A stretch of DNA of 64,000 nt from contig CBDAVP010000011.1 of the NCBI GenBank assembly GCA_965201075.1, positions 62,001 through 126,000 on the forward strand, read 5' to 3'. Shown in pieces: positions 1 through 10,375 of this stretch. The translations under genes and the position numbers were made by a program. Origin of the DNA: Isosphaeraceae bacterium. GTDB lineage: Bacteria; Planctomycetota; Planctomycetia; Isosphaerales; Isosphaeraceae. The first letter of the stretch is position 1, and each line of letters begins with the position of its first letter. Under the pieces are notes generated by a model, which did not search any database, was not told the origin of the DNA, and saw nothing but the letters and a program-made list of their open reading frames with translations.

Positions 1-501
1 GGCGTCGGGGGGATCAGTGAGAGCGACATCATCCTGGCCGACGCCAGCCAGGCGATCGTTGTCGGGTTCCGCGTCGCCCCCGAGGATCGCGCCATTTCCC
101 TGGCCGATGAGAAGGGGATTGACATCCGTCGGTACGACATCATCTACCAGGTCACCGACGAGGTGAAGAAGGCCGTCGAAGGGATGCTGATCCCCGAGAT
201 CAAGGAGGTTCACCTGGGTCGCGCCCAGGTACGTACCATCTTCAAGATCTCCAAGGTCGGCACAGTGGCCGGTTGCTTCGTGACTCAGGGGACGATCGAG
301 CGCGGGTCCAAGGCCCGGATCATCCGCGAGGGTCGCGAGATCTACAAGGGAGCCGTCGACGCCCTGAAACGGTTCAAGGACGATGCCAAGGAGGTTCGCG
401 AAGGGTTCGAATGCGGCGTCAAGGTCTCCAACTTCGACGACCTGAAGGTCGACGACACCATTGAGGCCTACCGCGTCGACGTGATCCGCCGCACCCTCTG
501 A
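1..501 (+). CDS. infB: Translation initiation factor IF-2, C-terminal part (truncated at window edge)
   Basis: GVGGISESDIILADAS...LKRFKDDAKEVREGFECG is the IF-2 C-terminus; followed by rbfA. Confidence 0.97.
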   Translation, partial: GVGGISESDIILADASQAIVVGFRVAPEDRAISLADEKGIDIRRYDIIYQVTDEVKKAVEGMLIPEIKEVHLGRAQVRTIFKISKVGTVAGCFVTQGTIERGSKARIIREGREIYKGAVDALKRFKDDAKEVREGFECGVKVSNFDDLKVDDTIEAYRVDVIRRTL

Positions 502-601
502 GTAAGTGATCCCCGCCCGAGAGTTCCACGGCCCGCCCGCCCGCCGACCGCCCGCATCCCCGGGCCTCGGCTGGCGGGCCGGCCCGGAGACCTGACGACC
601 C

Positions 602-1105
602 ATGCCCTCGCATCGCGTTCAGCGCGTGGCCGAGGCGATCCGCGAGGTCGTCTCCGCGGCCGTCCTTTTCGACGTCGCCGACCCCCGTGTCCGCTCCGTC
701 ACGGTCCTGAACGTCGAGGTTTCCGGCGACCTGCGCAATGCCACGATCAACGTGTCGGTCATGGGAACCGAACCCGAACAGACCCTGTCCTTGCGAGGCC
801 TGCGACACGCCACCAGTTTCCTGAGGTCCAAGGTCGCCAAGCGTCTTCAGATGCGTCACACCCCGGAACTCGTCTTCAAGCTGGACGACAGCGTTAAGAA
901 GTCGATCGCCATCTCCCAGCTCATCGATGAGGCCCTCGCCAGCGACCGCCAGGGCAAGGAAGAGCCCCCAACCTTGCCAGCCGCCGCCGACGCCGATCCC
1001 GCTCCGGATCACGCTGAGGACTCTGAGGACGACGAAGGCGACGAGGACTTTGAGGACGACGAGGACGAGGACCGGAAGTCGTTGCCGATCGACATCCGGG
1101 ATTGA
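602..1105 (+). CDS. rbfA: Ribosome-binding factor A with acidic C-terminal tail
   Basis: RVAEAIREVVS...DPR...VEVSGDLRNA...MRHTPELVFKLD; synteny with infB. Confidence 0.96.
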   Translation: MPSHRVQRVAEAIREVVSAAVLFDVADPRVRSVTVLNVEVSGDLRNATINVSVMGTEPEQTLSLRGLRHATSFLRSKVAKRLQMRHTPELVFKLDDSVKKSIAISQLIDEALASDRQGKEEPPTLPAAADADPAPDHAEDSEDDEGDEDFEDDEDEDRKSLPIDIRD

Positions 1106-1331
1106 TTGGTCGCCAGCCCCAACGTCGCCGGCCTTTCGTCAACCAGCGTCAACACCTCCTGATTGGGCATCTTAGCAGTGGGCGAATCCTCTTCGGTCCG
1201 GGATCACCCCGCCTGTCCTCGACTCTCGAACTCGACCGCCCTGACCTGATCCGACCCGAACCGAACCGAACCGCCGCCGGGGCCGTCCCCGAGAGATCCA
1301 CGCCAAGACACTCCAGCGAGACGCGACGCTC

Positions 1332-2207
1332 ATGGCCGCATCCAGTAAGGCTCAGTTCCTGAGCGAAGTTCACGCCGTTTTGAAGAAGCGCTACACGCTG
1401 GAGCCCAGCCCCGAACGCCTACCGATTTTGGAGGCGGTCGTTTACGGGATCTGCCACGAAGGAGTCACCCGCGAGCAGGCCAACCAGGCCCTTTCACGGT
1501 TCAAGGATGACTTCTTCGACTGGAACGAGGTGCGTGTCAGCTCGATCGAGGAGATCCAGGACGCCCTGTCCGGCTTGCCCGAGGCGGAATCTCGGGCCTA
1601 TCGGGTCCGGCGGTTCCTCCGCCAAATGTTCGAGAAAACTTATGGGTTCACGCTGGAGGCCCTGACCAAAAAGCCGCAAAAGGAGGCGAGCAAATCCCTT
1701 GAGGAGTATGAGGCCCTCTCCTCCGACTACGTCATGGCCACGGTGGTCCTCGAAGGGCTGGGCGGGCACGCGATCCCGGTGGACGGGCCGACCCTGCGTG
1801 GGCTGACCCGACTGGGGGTCGCCGAGGAGCAATCGACGACCGAGGACGTCCGCTCGTCCCTGGAACGCGCCGTGCCCAAGAATCGCGGGCATGAGTTCGC
1901 CGACCTGATGGAAGAATTGACGCACGATACCTGCATTGCCGGGCCGCCCGACTGCCCGCGCTGCGACTTGCGCAAGATGTGTCCCACCGGTCTGACCCGC
2001 CTGGTCGACCTCCGACACACCGCCAAGTCGTCTCCGGCTCACTCGGCCCCCGCCTCGGCCTCGGCCCCCGCGACGCCGAACAAGGCCGCTTCCAGTCGGG
2101 GCAAGATCCAGGCCCCGCCGACTCCTCCTCCGCCCCCGGAGACCAAGGCGTCGAAACCTCCCGTCCCGCCGCCGACGACCCGCCCCAAGCCTCCCCGGCC
2201 GAAGTGA
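1332..2207 (+). CDS. Endonuclease III / HhH-GPD superfamily-like protein with [4Fe-4S] motif and Pro-rich tail
   Basis: DWNEVRVS, HAIPVD and C-x6-C-x2-C-x5-C (CIAGPPDCPRCDLRKMC). Confidence 0.8.
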   Translation: MAASSKAQFLSEVHAVLKKRYTLEPSPERLPILEAVVYGICHEGVTREQANQALSRFKDDFFDWNEVRVSSIEEIQDALSGLPEAESRAYRVRRFLRQMFEKTYGFTLEALTKKPQKEASKSLEEYEALSSDYVMATVVLEGLGGHAIPVDGPTLRGLTRLGVAEEQSTTEDVRSSLERAVPKNRGHEFADLMEELTHDTCIAGPPDCPRCDLRKMCPTGLTRLVDLRHTAKSSPAHSAPASASAPATPNKAASSRGKIQAPPTPPPPPETKASKPPVPPPTTRPKPPRPK

Positions 2208-2349
2208 CCAGGTCGTCCCGTCCTGGACTTTCGAGGCGGTCCGTCTACAACAACCCGCGCGAGCAACCGACGCACTCTAGCCCGCTTCACCGGGAACCCG
2301 CGTCCGTCCGCCTTTGCGCGCCGCCACCGCACCTTCAGGGAGATTGTTC

Positions 2350-2832
2350 ATGCGCAAACCGCTCGTCGTACTGGCATTGCTGCTGTTCGCCTCGACCGCC
2401 TCGGCCGCCGACAATCTGGTCCAGGCCATCGCCGCCTCGCCCAAGCACCAGACCCTTTACGCGGCCATCAAGGCCGCCGACCTCGCCGATGCCCTGAAGG
2501 CCGAGGGGCCCTTCACCGTCCTGGCTCCCACCGACGACGCCTTCGCCAAGCTGCCCAAGGGCACCCTTGAGGACCTGCTGAAGTCCGAGAACAAGCCCAA
2601 GCTCGTGGCCATCCTGAAGTACCACGTCGTGCCCGACACCAAGGCGATGGCCGCTGACGTGATCAAGCTCGACGGGAAGAGCATCGAGACCCTGCAAGGC
2701 AAGTCAATCCCGGTGCGGGTTGACGGCTCGAAGGTGTACCTGGGCAAGGCCCTGGTGACCAAGACCGACCTGGCGGCTTCCAACGGCGTGATTCACGTCA
2801 TCGACACCGTGCTATTGCCGCCCGAGGATTGA
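2350..2832 (+). CDS. Secreted fasciclin (FAS1) domain protein
   Basis: Signal peptide; GPFTVLAPTDDAF, LKYHVV and ASNGVIHVIDTVLLP motifs. Confidence 0.95.
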   Translation: MRKPLVVLALLLFASTASAADNLVQAIAASPKHQTLYAAIKAADLADALKAEGPFTVLAPTDDAFAKLPKGTLEDLLKSENKPKLVAILKYHVVPDTKAMAADVIKLDGKSIETLQGKSIPVRVDGSKVYLGKALVTKTDLAASNGVIHVIDTVLLPPED

Positions 2833-2980
2833 TTCGGCCGTCTCGAACTCACGGACCCCTGACCCAGCGGCCGGTCCGCCTGCCTCGTGAACCCTTGGCA
2901 GGCGCCGGCCGCGACGTTACGATGGGAAATCCGCCGCGACGAGCGGTCGAGTCGCGGCGTGGTTCAGGAGATGTCAACCA

Positions 2981-5332
2981 ATGATCGCCGCAATTCTGCC
3001 GCTGGTCCTGCTCCTGAACCCCGGTCCCGACGACTCTCCGGCCCCGCCCGTGACGTCGTTCCGACCTGGAACCACCGCCCTGGTGATTCCCGGGGATGAC
3101 CCGATCGAGCCGCTTGTCCCGTTCCACCCTCGCACCGGCGAGGAGCAGACCGCCCTCGACATCCTGGACGAGTACGTCGCCGCTCGGGCGCTGGAAGGCC
3201 CCGCCGAGCGCCGGCCCAATGAGGCGATCAAGCTGCTGGAGAAGGCCCTCAAGCGCGACCCCGAGTCGCCCGCCATTCTGCACCGCCTCTGCCGACTCAG
3301 TTTCGGCCTGATGCGGATCAAGGAAGGGGTCGACTACGGCCGGCGTGCCTTGAAGGTCCAGCCCGACGACACCAACGTCCTCGCCCTTCTGCTGGAACAC
3401 TACCAGTTCCGCCGCGACCTCGCCGGCGCCGAGGGCTTGCTCAACGCCCTGCTCGCCGATGCCAACCTCGACAAGGGGTCGGCCACCGCCTTGCTCGCCC
3501 AGAAATCACTGGGCGATCTTTACGCGACCCGTCGCCCGGCCCAAATCGACAAATCGGCCGACGCCTACGCCCGGGTTCTGGAGGGTCTGGACGCCCGCGC
3601 CGCCAGCAAGTTCTCGCCGGCCGACCAGAAGCGGATTCTCGGCGAGGAGGCTCAGTCTTATGAACGGTTCGGCGACGTGTTCTTCGTTGCCCGCCGCTAC
3701 GACCTGGCCGTCCGCGCCTATCGACGGGGTCTGGCCTATGAGCCCGATAACGCCGACCTGCCCCGAAAGCTCGCCCAGGCCCTGATTCGCGGCAATCAGG
3801 CGGGCGAGGCCCTTGCCCTTCTGGAAGACACGATCCGGCAGTCCAAACCCGACGGGGCCGAGGTTTACGAACTGGTCGCCCAGGCTCTGACCGCTCTGAA
3901 GCGTGACGCCGAGGTGCTCCCCCGCCTGGAACGGGCGGCCAAGGGCGACCTCAAGAACGTGGCGCTCCAGACAGCCCTGGCCGACCGCCTCAAGGCCGCC
4001 GGCCGCCCGGGCGAGGCCAAGGCAATCCTCGACGCCCTGATCGGCGGTCAGCCCGACGCGCAGGGCTTTGCCGCCCAGGCCGAGCCGCTCCGCAAGGAGC
4101 ACAAGAACGCCGAACTCTTGAAGCTGATGGAGCAGAGCCTTACCAACGCACCGCCGCAGCCCGACGGTCAGGGTGGCGCCCCGCCCTCGCTCCAGCCGCT
4201 GATCAAGTCAATTGCCCTGGATCCCCCTTACGCCGAGGAGGTGATCAACCAGGGCCTCAAGATGCTGGAGACCGAACCCCCGAGCCTGGGCGTCGTGGGT
4301 CGCCGGATTTTGGCCAATCTTGCGATCGAGGCCAACCGCAAGGACAAGATCGTCGAGATCGCCCGCGCGGCCCTCAAGCAGGACCCAACGGCCGAGGCCG
4401 CGATGTTCTTCTTCGAGGCCCTCGACCAGGACGGCAAGTACGCCGAGGCGGCCGACGCCCTCGAAGCGTTCCACGAGAAATTCCCCGATCGCCGAACCCC
4501 CGAGACCCTGAGCAACCTGGCCAAGGAACGCATCCGCGCTGGCCAGGCCGAGAAGGCGGTCATCGTCCTGGAACAGCTTCTGGAACGCTTCCCCGAGTTG
4601 CGAGGGCGCGACGAAAGCCTGTTACTGGGTCAGGCTCTGCTGCAAGCCGGCCGCCTCGACGACGCCTTGAAAGCCACCCGCGAGGTTCTCGATTCCAACC
4701 CTGAGAGCCTCTATGCCCTGAATCTCGCCGGGATTCTGCTGGGTCGCCTTAACCGCAACGACGAGGCGATCGCCCACTACAAGGCGATGCTCGACCGCTT
4801 TGCCAACAATCCGCAGTTGACCAGGATGGCCCACCTCGGCCTGTCCAACATCTACGTCAATCAGAACGAACTGGACAAGGGCGAGGCCGAACTTGAGGCT
4901 TTGCTGGTCCAGGACCCCGACGACGCCGGCATCAATAATGATTTGGGCTATCTCTACGCCGACCGAGGCAAGGTTCTGGAAAAGGCCGAGGCGATGGTCC
5001 GAAAGGCCGTCGAGTTAGAGCCGGAAAACCCCGCCTACCTCGATAGTCTCGCCTGGGTCCTCTTCAAGCGAGGCAAGGCCCGAGAGGCCGTGGAGCCGAT
5101 GGAGAAGGCCGCAAGCACGAACTTCACCGACGCCACGATCTACGATCACATGGGCGACATTTACTTCCACCTTCAGGAACTGGCGAAGGCCCGGGCGTCC
5201 TGGCAAAAGGCCGAGGAGTTGGCTAACAAGTCCACGCCACCGGATAAACGCCTGCCGGAGATTCGCAAGAAGTTGGAAGAGTTGGGCAAGTCCAACCCAG
5301 CTCCCAAGGCCGCCACAGGCGAGAATCCCTGA
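2981..5332 (+). CDS. Secreted tetratricopeptide-repeat protein
   Basis: Signal-like N-terminus, many TPR helices, C-terminal NNDLGY...AYLDSLAW...HMGD pattern. Confidence 0.9.
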   Translation: MIAAILPLVLLLNPGPDDSPAPPVTSFRPGTTALVIPGDDPIEPLVPFHPRTGEEQTALDILDEYVAARALEGPAERRPNEAIKLLEKALKRDPESPAILHRLCRLSFGLMRIKEGVDYGRRALKVQPDDTNVLALLLEHYQFRRDLAGAEGLLNALLADANLDKGSATALLAQKSLGDLYATRRPAQIDKSADAYARVLEGLDARAASKFSPADQKRILGEEAQSYERFGDVFFVARRYDLAVRAYRRGLAYEPDNADLPRKLAQALIRGNQAGEALALLEDTIRQSKPDGAEVYELVAQALTALKRDAEVLPRLERAAKGDLKNVALQTALADRLKAAGRPGEAKAILDALIGGQPDAQGFAAQAEPLRKEHKNAELLKLMEQSLTNAPPQPDGQGGAPPSLQPLIKSIALDPPYAEEVINQGLKMLETEPPSLGVVGRRILANLAIEANRKDKIVEIARAALKQDPTAEAAMFFFEALDQDGKYAEAADALEAFHEKFPDRRTPETLSNLAKERIRAGQAEKAVIVLEQLLERFPELRGRDESLLLGQALLQAGRLDDALKATREVLDSNPESLYALNLAGILLGRLNRNDEAIAHYKAMLDRFANNPQLTRMAHLGLSNIYVNQNELDKGEAELEALLVQDPDDAGINNDLGYLYADRGKVLEKAEAMVRKAVELEPENPAYLDSLAWVLFKRGKAREAVEPMEKAASTNFTDATIYDHMGDIYFHLQELAKARASWQKAEELANKSTPPDKRLPEIRKKLEELGKSNPAPKAATGENP

Positions 5333-5444
5333 CCTTTCCTAGACCCCCCAAAAAACCCCGGGACGCCCCGTCCCGCCCTGTCCTCGCCTCCTTGGCGGGT
5401 TTCGAGGCGAAGCCGTTGGTCCCGGGCTCGGAGCGACCGAGCTT

Positions 5445-6182
5445 ATGGCAGGCCATTCCCACTCGGCCAATATCGCGCACCGCAAGGGCACGGTTGACGC
5501 CAAGCGCGGCAAGCTCTTTAGCAAGCTCTGCCGGGCCATCTTCGTTGCCGCCCGCAACGGCGGTGGCGACCCCGACATGAATCTTCGCCTGCGCTACGCC
5601 ATCGACAAGGCCCGTTCCTATAGCTGTCCCAAGGACAACATCGAACGCTCGATCAAAAAGGCCACCGGCGAGCTTGGAGCCGAGAACTACGAAGAGATCC
5701 TTTACGAAGGTTACGGACCCGGCGGCGTCGCCGTGATGTGCGCTGCGCTGACCGACAACCGTAACCGCACTGCTGGCGAATTACGCAAGGCGTTCGAGGT
5801 CTGCGGCGGCAACCTCGGCGCCACGGGTTGCGTCGGCTATCTGTTCGAGTACAAGGGGGTGTTTCTGGTCGACGCCAAGACCGCCGCCGAGGACGAGTTG
5901 ATGGACCAGGCTCTCGAAGCCGGCGCCGATGATCTGAAGCTGGTCGATGAGTATTTCGAAATCACCTGTGACCCCAAGTCGTTCGACGCCGTCCGCAAAG
6001 GGCTGGAAGACGCCAAGGTCGCCACCGAGTCGGCCGAGACCCTCTACCTCCCGACCACGCAGGTCGACCTCGACGGCGACAACGCCAAGAGGATGCTCAG
6101 GCTTCTCGACATCCTCGAAGAGAACGAGGACGTCCAGTCGGTCTATTCCAATGAGAACCTCCCCGAAGCCGCGATGGCCTGA
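5445..6182 (+). CDS. yebC: YebC/PmpR family protein
   Basis: MAGHSH.ANIAHRK, YEGYGPGGVA, TDNRNRT, EDVQSVYSN. Confidence 0.96.
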   Translation: MAGHSHSANIAHRKGTVDAKRGKLFSKLCRAIFVAARNGGGDPDMNLRLRYAIDKARSYSCPKDNIERSIKKATGELGAENYEEILYEGYGPGGVAVMCAALTDNRNRTAGELRKAFEVCGGNLGATGCVGYLFEYKGVFLVDAKTAAEDELMDQALEAGADDLKLVDEYFEITCDPKSFDAVRKGLEDAKVATESAETLYLPTTQVDLDGDNAKRMLRLLDILEENEDVQSVYSNENLPEAAMA

Positions 6183-6235
6183 CACTTCCCGGCCTCCTTC
6201 CCAACCGACCGCTTCCACGACCGCCGAGACCCGCG

Positions 6236-7405
6236 ATGCCGACGACTTTCGCCAAGGCCGAGCGCCTTCAAAAGCTCCCCCCGTACCTTTTCGCCGAGAT
6301 TGACCGCAAGAAGAAGGCCGCCATCGCCGCCGGTCGCGATGTGATCAACCTCGGCGTGGGCGACCCCGACCGCCCCACACCCCGGCCGATCATTGAGAGC
6401 CTCCAGAAGAACGCCGAGGTCCCGGCCTTCCACCAATATGCCCTGGATCAAGGGGCTCCCGAGCTTCGCCAGTCGATCGCCGCGTTCTTCGCCAAGCGCT
6501 ACGGCGTCACCCTCGACCCCAACTCCGAGATCCTCCCGCTGATCGGCTCCAAGGAGGGGATCGCCCACTTCCCTTTGGCCGTTTTGAATCCGGGAGACGT
6601 CAGCCTCGTCCCCGACCCCTGCTACCCGGTTTATCGCAGCAGCAGCCAGTTCGCCGGCGCCGAGCCCCACATGATGCCATTGGTCCCGGGCGACCACTTC
6701 CGCCCCGACCTCGACGCCATTCCCGCCGACGTCCTGCGACGTGCCCGGTTGATGTTCCTGAACTACCCCAACAACCCCACCGCCGGCACCGCCGACCTGG
6801 CATTTTTCGAGCGAGTGCTCGACCTCGCCCGCGGCAACAACTTCGTCGTGGCCCAGGATGCGGCCTACAACGAGATGTACTTTGACCAGCCGGCCCCCAG
6901 CATTCTCCAACTCCCCGGGGCAAAGGACGTGGCGGTCGAGTTCCACAGTCTTTCCAAGACCTTCAACATGACCGGCTGGCGGGTCGGCTTCGCCGTGGGC
7001 GGCGCCCCGATGATCGCGGCGCTAGGCCAGGTCAAGGCGAACACCGACTCGGGCATCTTCACCTCGATCCAGTTCGCCGCCAAAACCGCCCTGGACGGCT
7101 ACGACACCATCACCCCGCCGATCCGCGACCTCTACCAGCAGCGTCGCGACGCCTTCGTCGACAGCATGAAGAAACTCGGCTGGGACGTGCCGACCCCCCA
7201 GGCCACCTTTTACGTCTGGATTCCCTGCCCCAAGGGTCTGTCGTCAATCGAAACCTGTGCCCGGTTGCTGGATGAAGCCGACGTGGTGACAACTCCCGGC
7301 CTGGGCTTCGGCCAGACCGCGGATGGTTACTTCCGCGTCGCCTTGACGGTCGAGACCCCCCGCCTCCTCGAAGCCGTTGACCGCATCGGCAAGCTCAAAT
7401 TCTGA
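6236..7405 (+). CDS. dapL: LL-diaminopimelate aminotransferase (class I/II PLP aminotransferase)
   Basis: LPPYLFAEID, GSKEG, NYPNNPT, SLSKTFNMTGWRVG. Confidence 0.85.
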   Translation: MPTTFAKAERLQKLPPYLFAEIDRKKKAAIAAGRDVINLGVGDPDRPTPRPIIESLQKNAEVPAFHQYALDQGAPELRQSIAAFFAKRYGVTLDPNSEILPLIGSKEGIAHFPLAVLNPGDVSLVPDPCYPVYRSSSQFAGAEPHMMPLVPGDHFRPDLDAIPADVLRRARLMFLNYPNNPTAGTADLAFFERVLDLARGNNFVVAQDAAYNEMYFDQPAPSILQLPGAKDVAVEFHSLSKTFNMTGWRVGFAVGGAPMIAALGQVKANTDSGIFTSIQFAAKTALDGYDTITPPIRDLYQQRRDAFVDSMKKLGWDVPTPQATFYVWIPCPKGLSSIETCARLLDEADVVTTPGLGFGQTADGYFRVALTVETPRLLEAVDRIGKLKF

Positions 7406-7430
7406 AGCGAAGACCCGGCCGGGGCCGATC

Positions 7431-8351
7431 ATGGGCACCCTCGCGTGGATCGGTCTCGGCAGCAACCTCGGCGACCGCAAGGCGACTCTCGATGAGGCGG
7501 TTGCCGCGCTAATCGAGTCGCCGAGCGTGGTGGTTGAGGCCGTTAGCACATATCGACAGACGAAACCCATTGGCGGTCCCGAGGGGCAGGGGCTATTTCT
7601 CAACGCCGCGGCCAGGGTCCGCACGACCCTTGGACCCCGAGCGTTGCTCTCACGCCTCCACCAGGTCGAGCACCAGGCCGGCCGCGTCCGAGACGTTCGC
7701 TGGGGGGCGCGGACCCTCGATCTCGACCTCTTGCTTTACGGTTGCAAGTACCTCAACGAACCGGACCTGAAACTTCCACATCCCCGTCTAGGTTTGCGAC
7801 GATTCGTCCTGGAACCGCTGGCCGAAATCGCCCCCACGATCGTCGATGTCGTCTCCAAGCAAACGGTCGCCGGGCTCCTCGCCAACCTCGATCGCCGGCC
7901 CAGATACGTCACGCTTCACGGGGGGTCCGATGCGCTGAGGGACGCCGTTTGTCGGGAGATCGCATCGGGTCTGTTGGCCACTACCGTCGAATCGCCGGTC
8001 TCTAGCAACTCTCATGACCTGCTCGCCGCGAGGATCGCGGTCCTCGACGCGAGAACCTGGGAGGCAACGCCCCCTGCCGACCGCTGGCTGGTTTCGGATT
8101 TCTGCCTGGCCAAGACCGCCATCTCCCCTTGGCCTCGTGGGGAACCTGAGCCGGGTCGGTTGCGGGAAGTCTTCGACCGATACCACGAACTCCAAGCTCG
8201 GCGTTGCCGAGCCATCCACCCGACCTTCGGCATCTGGCTGGTCGGCGACGCCCGCCCAAGCGCCACCGGCTTCGCCTGGCTCCGGCCCGATTCCTTCGAG
8301 CTTTCCACGATCGTCGCCGAAGCCCTCACCACGTGCCAGGGGATCGAGTAA
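7431..8351 (+). CDS. folK: HPPK (2-amino-4-hydroxy-6-hydroxymethyldihydropteridine diphosphokinase) with C-terminal extension
   Basis: IGLGSNLGD, FLNAAA, RWGARTLDLDLL, LPHPRL..RRFVLEPL. Confidence 0.92.
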   Translation: MGTLAWIGLGSNLGDRKATLDEAVAALIESPSVVVEAVSTYRQTKPIGGPEGQGLFLNAAARVRTTLGPRALLSRLHQVEHQAGRVRDVRWGARTLDLDLLLYGCKYLNEPDLKLPHPRLGLRRFVLEPLAEIAPTIVDVVSKQTVAGLLANLDRRPRYVTLHGGSDALRDAVCREIASGLLATTVESPVSSNSHDLLAARIAVLDARTWEATPPADRWLVSDFCLAKTAISPWPRGEPEPGRLREVFDRYHELQARRCRAIHPTFGIWLVGDARPSATGFAWLRPDSFELSTIVAEALTTCQGIE

Positions 8352-8441
8352 CGCTGACGAGGCCGAGATTGTCTGGCCCCCCGGACTGCCTTATGATTCA
8401 GTCGACACACTCGCGAGGCAACGAGCCAGAAGGTCGAGCGG

Positions 8442-8927
8442 ATGGCCAAGTCGAAGGGGACGCCCAAAAAAGACGAGCCGGCCGAAACCATCGTGGCCCG
8501 CAACCGCCGCGCCCGGTTCGAGTTCGAGCTTCTGGAAAGGGTCGAGGCGGGTATCGTCCTGACTGGGACCGAGGTCAAAAGCCTCCGCAACGGCAAGGCC
8601 AGCCTTGAAGAGGCGTACGCCGGTATCGACCGCGACGAGGTTTGGCTCTATGGATGCGATATCCCCGAGTATCTCCAGGCCAACCGTATGAATCACAAGC
8701 CCAAGCGCCCTCGCAAGTTGCTGCTCCACCGCAAGGAAATTGACAAGTTCCTGGCCAAGGCGTCCGAACGGGGAATGACCCTGGTCCCCCTCAGAATCTA
8801 CTTCAAGAACGGCATGGCCAAGGTTGAGATCAGCGTCGCCCGCGGCAAGAAGCTGCACGACAAGCGTGAGACGATGAAGCAGCAGGACGCCAAGCGGGAC
8901 ATGGACCGAGCCATCCGCCAGCGTTAG
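8442..8927 (+). CDS. smpB: SsrA-binding protein
   Basis: [37 protein letters not shown]; immediately upstream of tmRNA. Confidence 0.98.
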   Translation: MAKSKGTPKKDEPAETIVARNRRARFEFELLERVEAGIVLTGTEVKSLRNGKASLEEAYAGIDRDEVWLYGCDIPEYLQANRMNHKPKRPRKLLLHRKEIDKFLAKASERGMTLVPLRIYFKNGMAKVEISVARGKKLHDKRETMKQQDAKRDMDRAIRQR

Positions 8928-8948
8928 CCGATCCTCCCTCATCGGCGC

Positions 8949-8977
8949 TTGACCGATGCCGCGGCGTGGTCGATAAT
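8949..8977 (+). promoter_or_regulatory. Putative sigma70 promoter of ssrA
   Basis: TTGACC-17 nt-GATAAT, ending about 37 nt before the mature tmRNA 5' end. Confidence 0.7.
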
Positions 8978-9014
8978 GCAATCGTCGGGAGAGTGATCTT
9001 CCGACCCTAATCCA

Positions 9015-9382
9015 GGGGGCGAATTAGGATCGACCGGATTGCCGAGGTGTCGTGTGGCGTGCCGAGGTTGGTCAGCGGGCCTCGTAAAAAGCCGACTAAA
9101 TTTTATCTGCCGAGAGGACTCCCTCTCTCCGTCTCGCTGCCTAACAGCAGCCTAGATGGATGCCGCGGCGTAGCCTTTGCCTGAGAGTCTCGCCCGGTAT
9201 CGCCAATTCAGGATCGCCCGGTCCTAACCGCCCGTTGCGGACAGGGTTAAACTCATGATGGGCTAAGCTAAAAGGGATCTCGCCGGTCCGAGCCCCTAGG
9301 CCGACAATTAAATGACCGGCTACGCACGTAGAGGCCTTCATCGAAGGATCTCGGGACGCGGGTGCAAGTCCCGCCGCCTCCA
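9015..9382 (+). ncRNA. ssrA: tmRNA; predicted tag (A)AERTPSLRLAA encoded at 9109-9144
   Basis: 5' GGGGGCG pairs with 3' CGCCTCC-A (G3:U wobble); T-arm GCGGG-TGCAAGT-CCCGC; internal ORF ending LAA*; adjacent to smpB; CCA not encoded. Confidence 0.95.
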
Positions 9383-9384
9383 CT

Positions 9385-9432
9385 CAAAGCCCACTTGGGA
9401 GAAATCCCAAGTGGGCTTTGTCGTGGGTTTTT
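9385..9432 (+). terminator. Intrinsic terminator after tmRNA
   Basis: Perfect 16-bp stem CAAAGCCCACTTGGGA-gaaa-TCCCAAGTGGGCTTTG, followed by T-rich sequence. Confidence 0.85.
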
Positions 9433-9763
9433 TGCCGAAAACTTTAGAGCGCGGACCATCGCATCCGGTTTTGGGTTTTTCTAGGTTGTCCAACTTCTGG
9501 GATCAAGTTCAGACGAACATCTGCCCCATGCATCCACTTCTTCCCAGCCTCGCGGTCCTGTGTAGAACCTTTCCGCGATCGCTTTCCTTTCAGCGTCTTC
9601 ACCACATTCCATCCCTGATCGCCGGGTGACTGGTTTGCCAGGGTCCGCGCACCATTCGCATCGTCGTGGCGAGCGGGCGGGAATGAATGTCCGCTGAAGA
9701 GGGGGTGGCGGACGATGGATCAGGCCGGGTGATCGTGAGTGGAAGTGGCGACGGTGATGGTGG

Positions 9764-10372
9764 ATGATGACCGGAGAGAATCTCGTGGGTCCATCCCACT
9801 CGGAAGAGGTGGAGGAGCGGGCCGATGGCCAGGAAGAAGCAAATTCGGGCGAGGCCCCCACGGTCCCGGCGACGGCGCGCCCCGCTCATGATGCGGTCGT
9901 GGCTCTGACCGACGCCATCTGCCGGGAGCGCCTGAACGGGGAGTACGAGGCCCTCTGCCGGAATCGAGCCGGGGCACTGGCCCGCAAACGACCGTCCCCC
10001 TTGCTGGGCGGCAAGCCTGCGACCTGGGCCTGCGGGATCGTTCGCACCATTGGCTGGGTCAATTACCTGGATGACCGCAGCCACAAGCCCCACATGAAGC
10101 TGACGGCCATCGACAAGGCATTTGGGGTTGCCAAGAGCACCGGCCAGGGCAGGTCGAAGGCGATCCGCACCCTACTGAAAATCCGCACCTTCGACCCGCA
10201 ATGAACTTTGCCCAGCCGGATGGAGGAGAACCCGATGGCCTGGATGATCGAGATCCACGGCTTCATCGTGGACGCCCGGCATCTGAAGCGGGAGTTTCAG
10301 GAGGAGGCATTGCGGAAGGGGTTGATCCCGTACATCCCCGCCGACCGGGCGGGCGAATCGGTCGAGGATTGA
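9764..10372 (+). pseudogene. DUF6398-like protein interrupted by an in-frame TGA at 10202-10204
   Basis: The frame continues after the stop as TLPSRMEENPMAWMIEIHGFIVDAR...QEEALRKGLIPYIP, which I recognise as the family C-terminus; LARKRPSPLL.GK..TWACG motif. Confidence 0.75.
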
Positions 10373-10375
10373 ACC

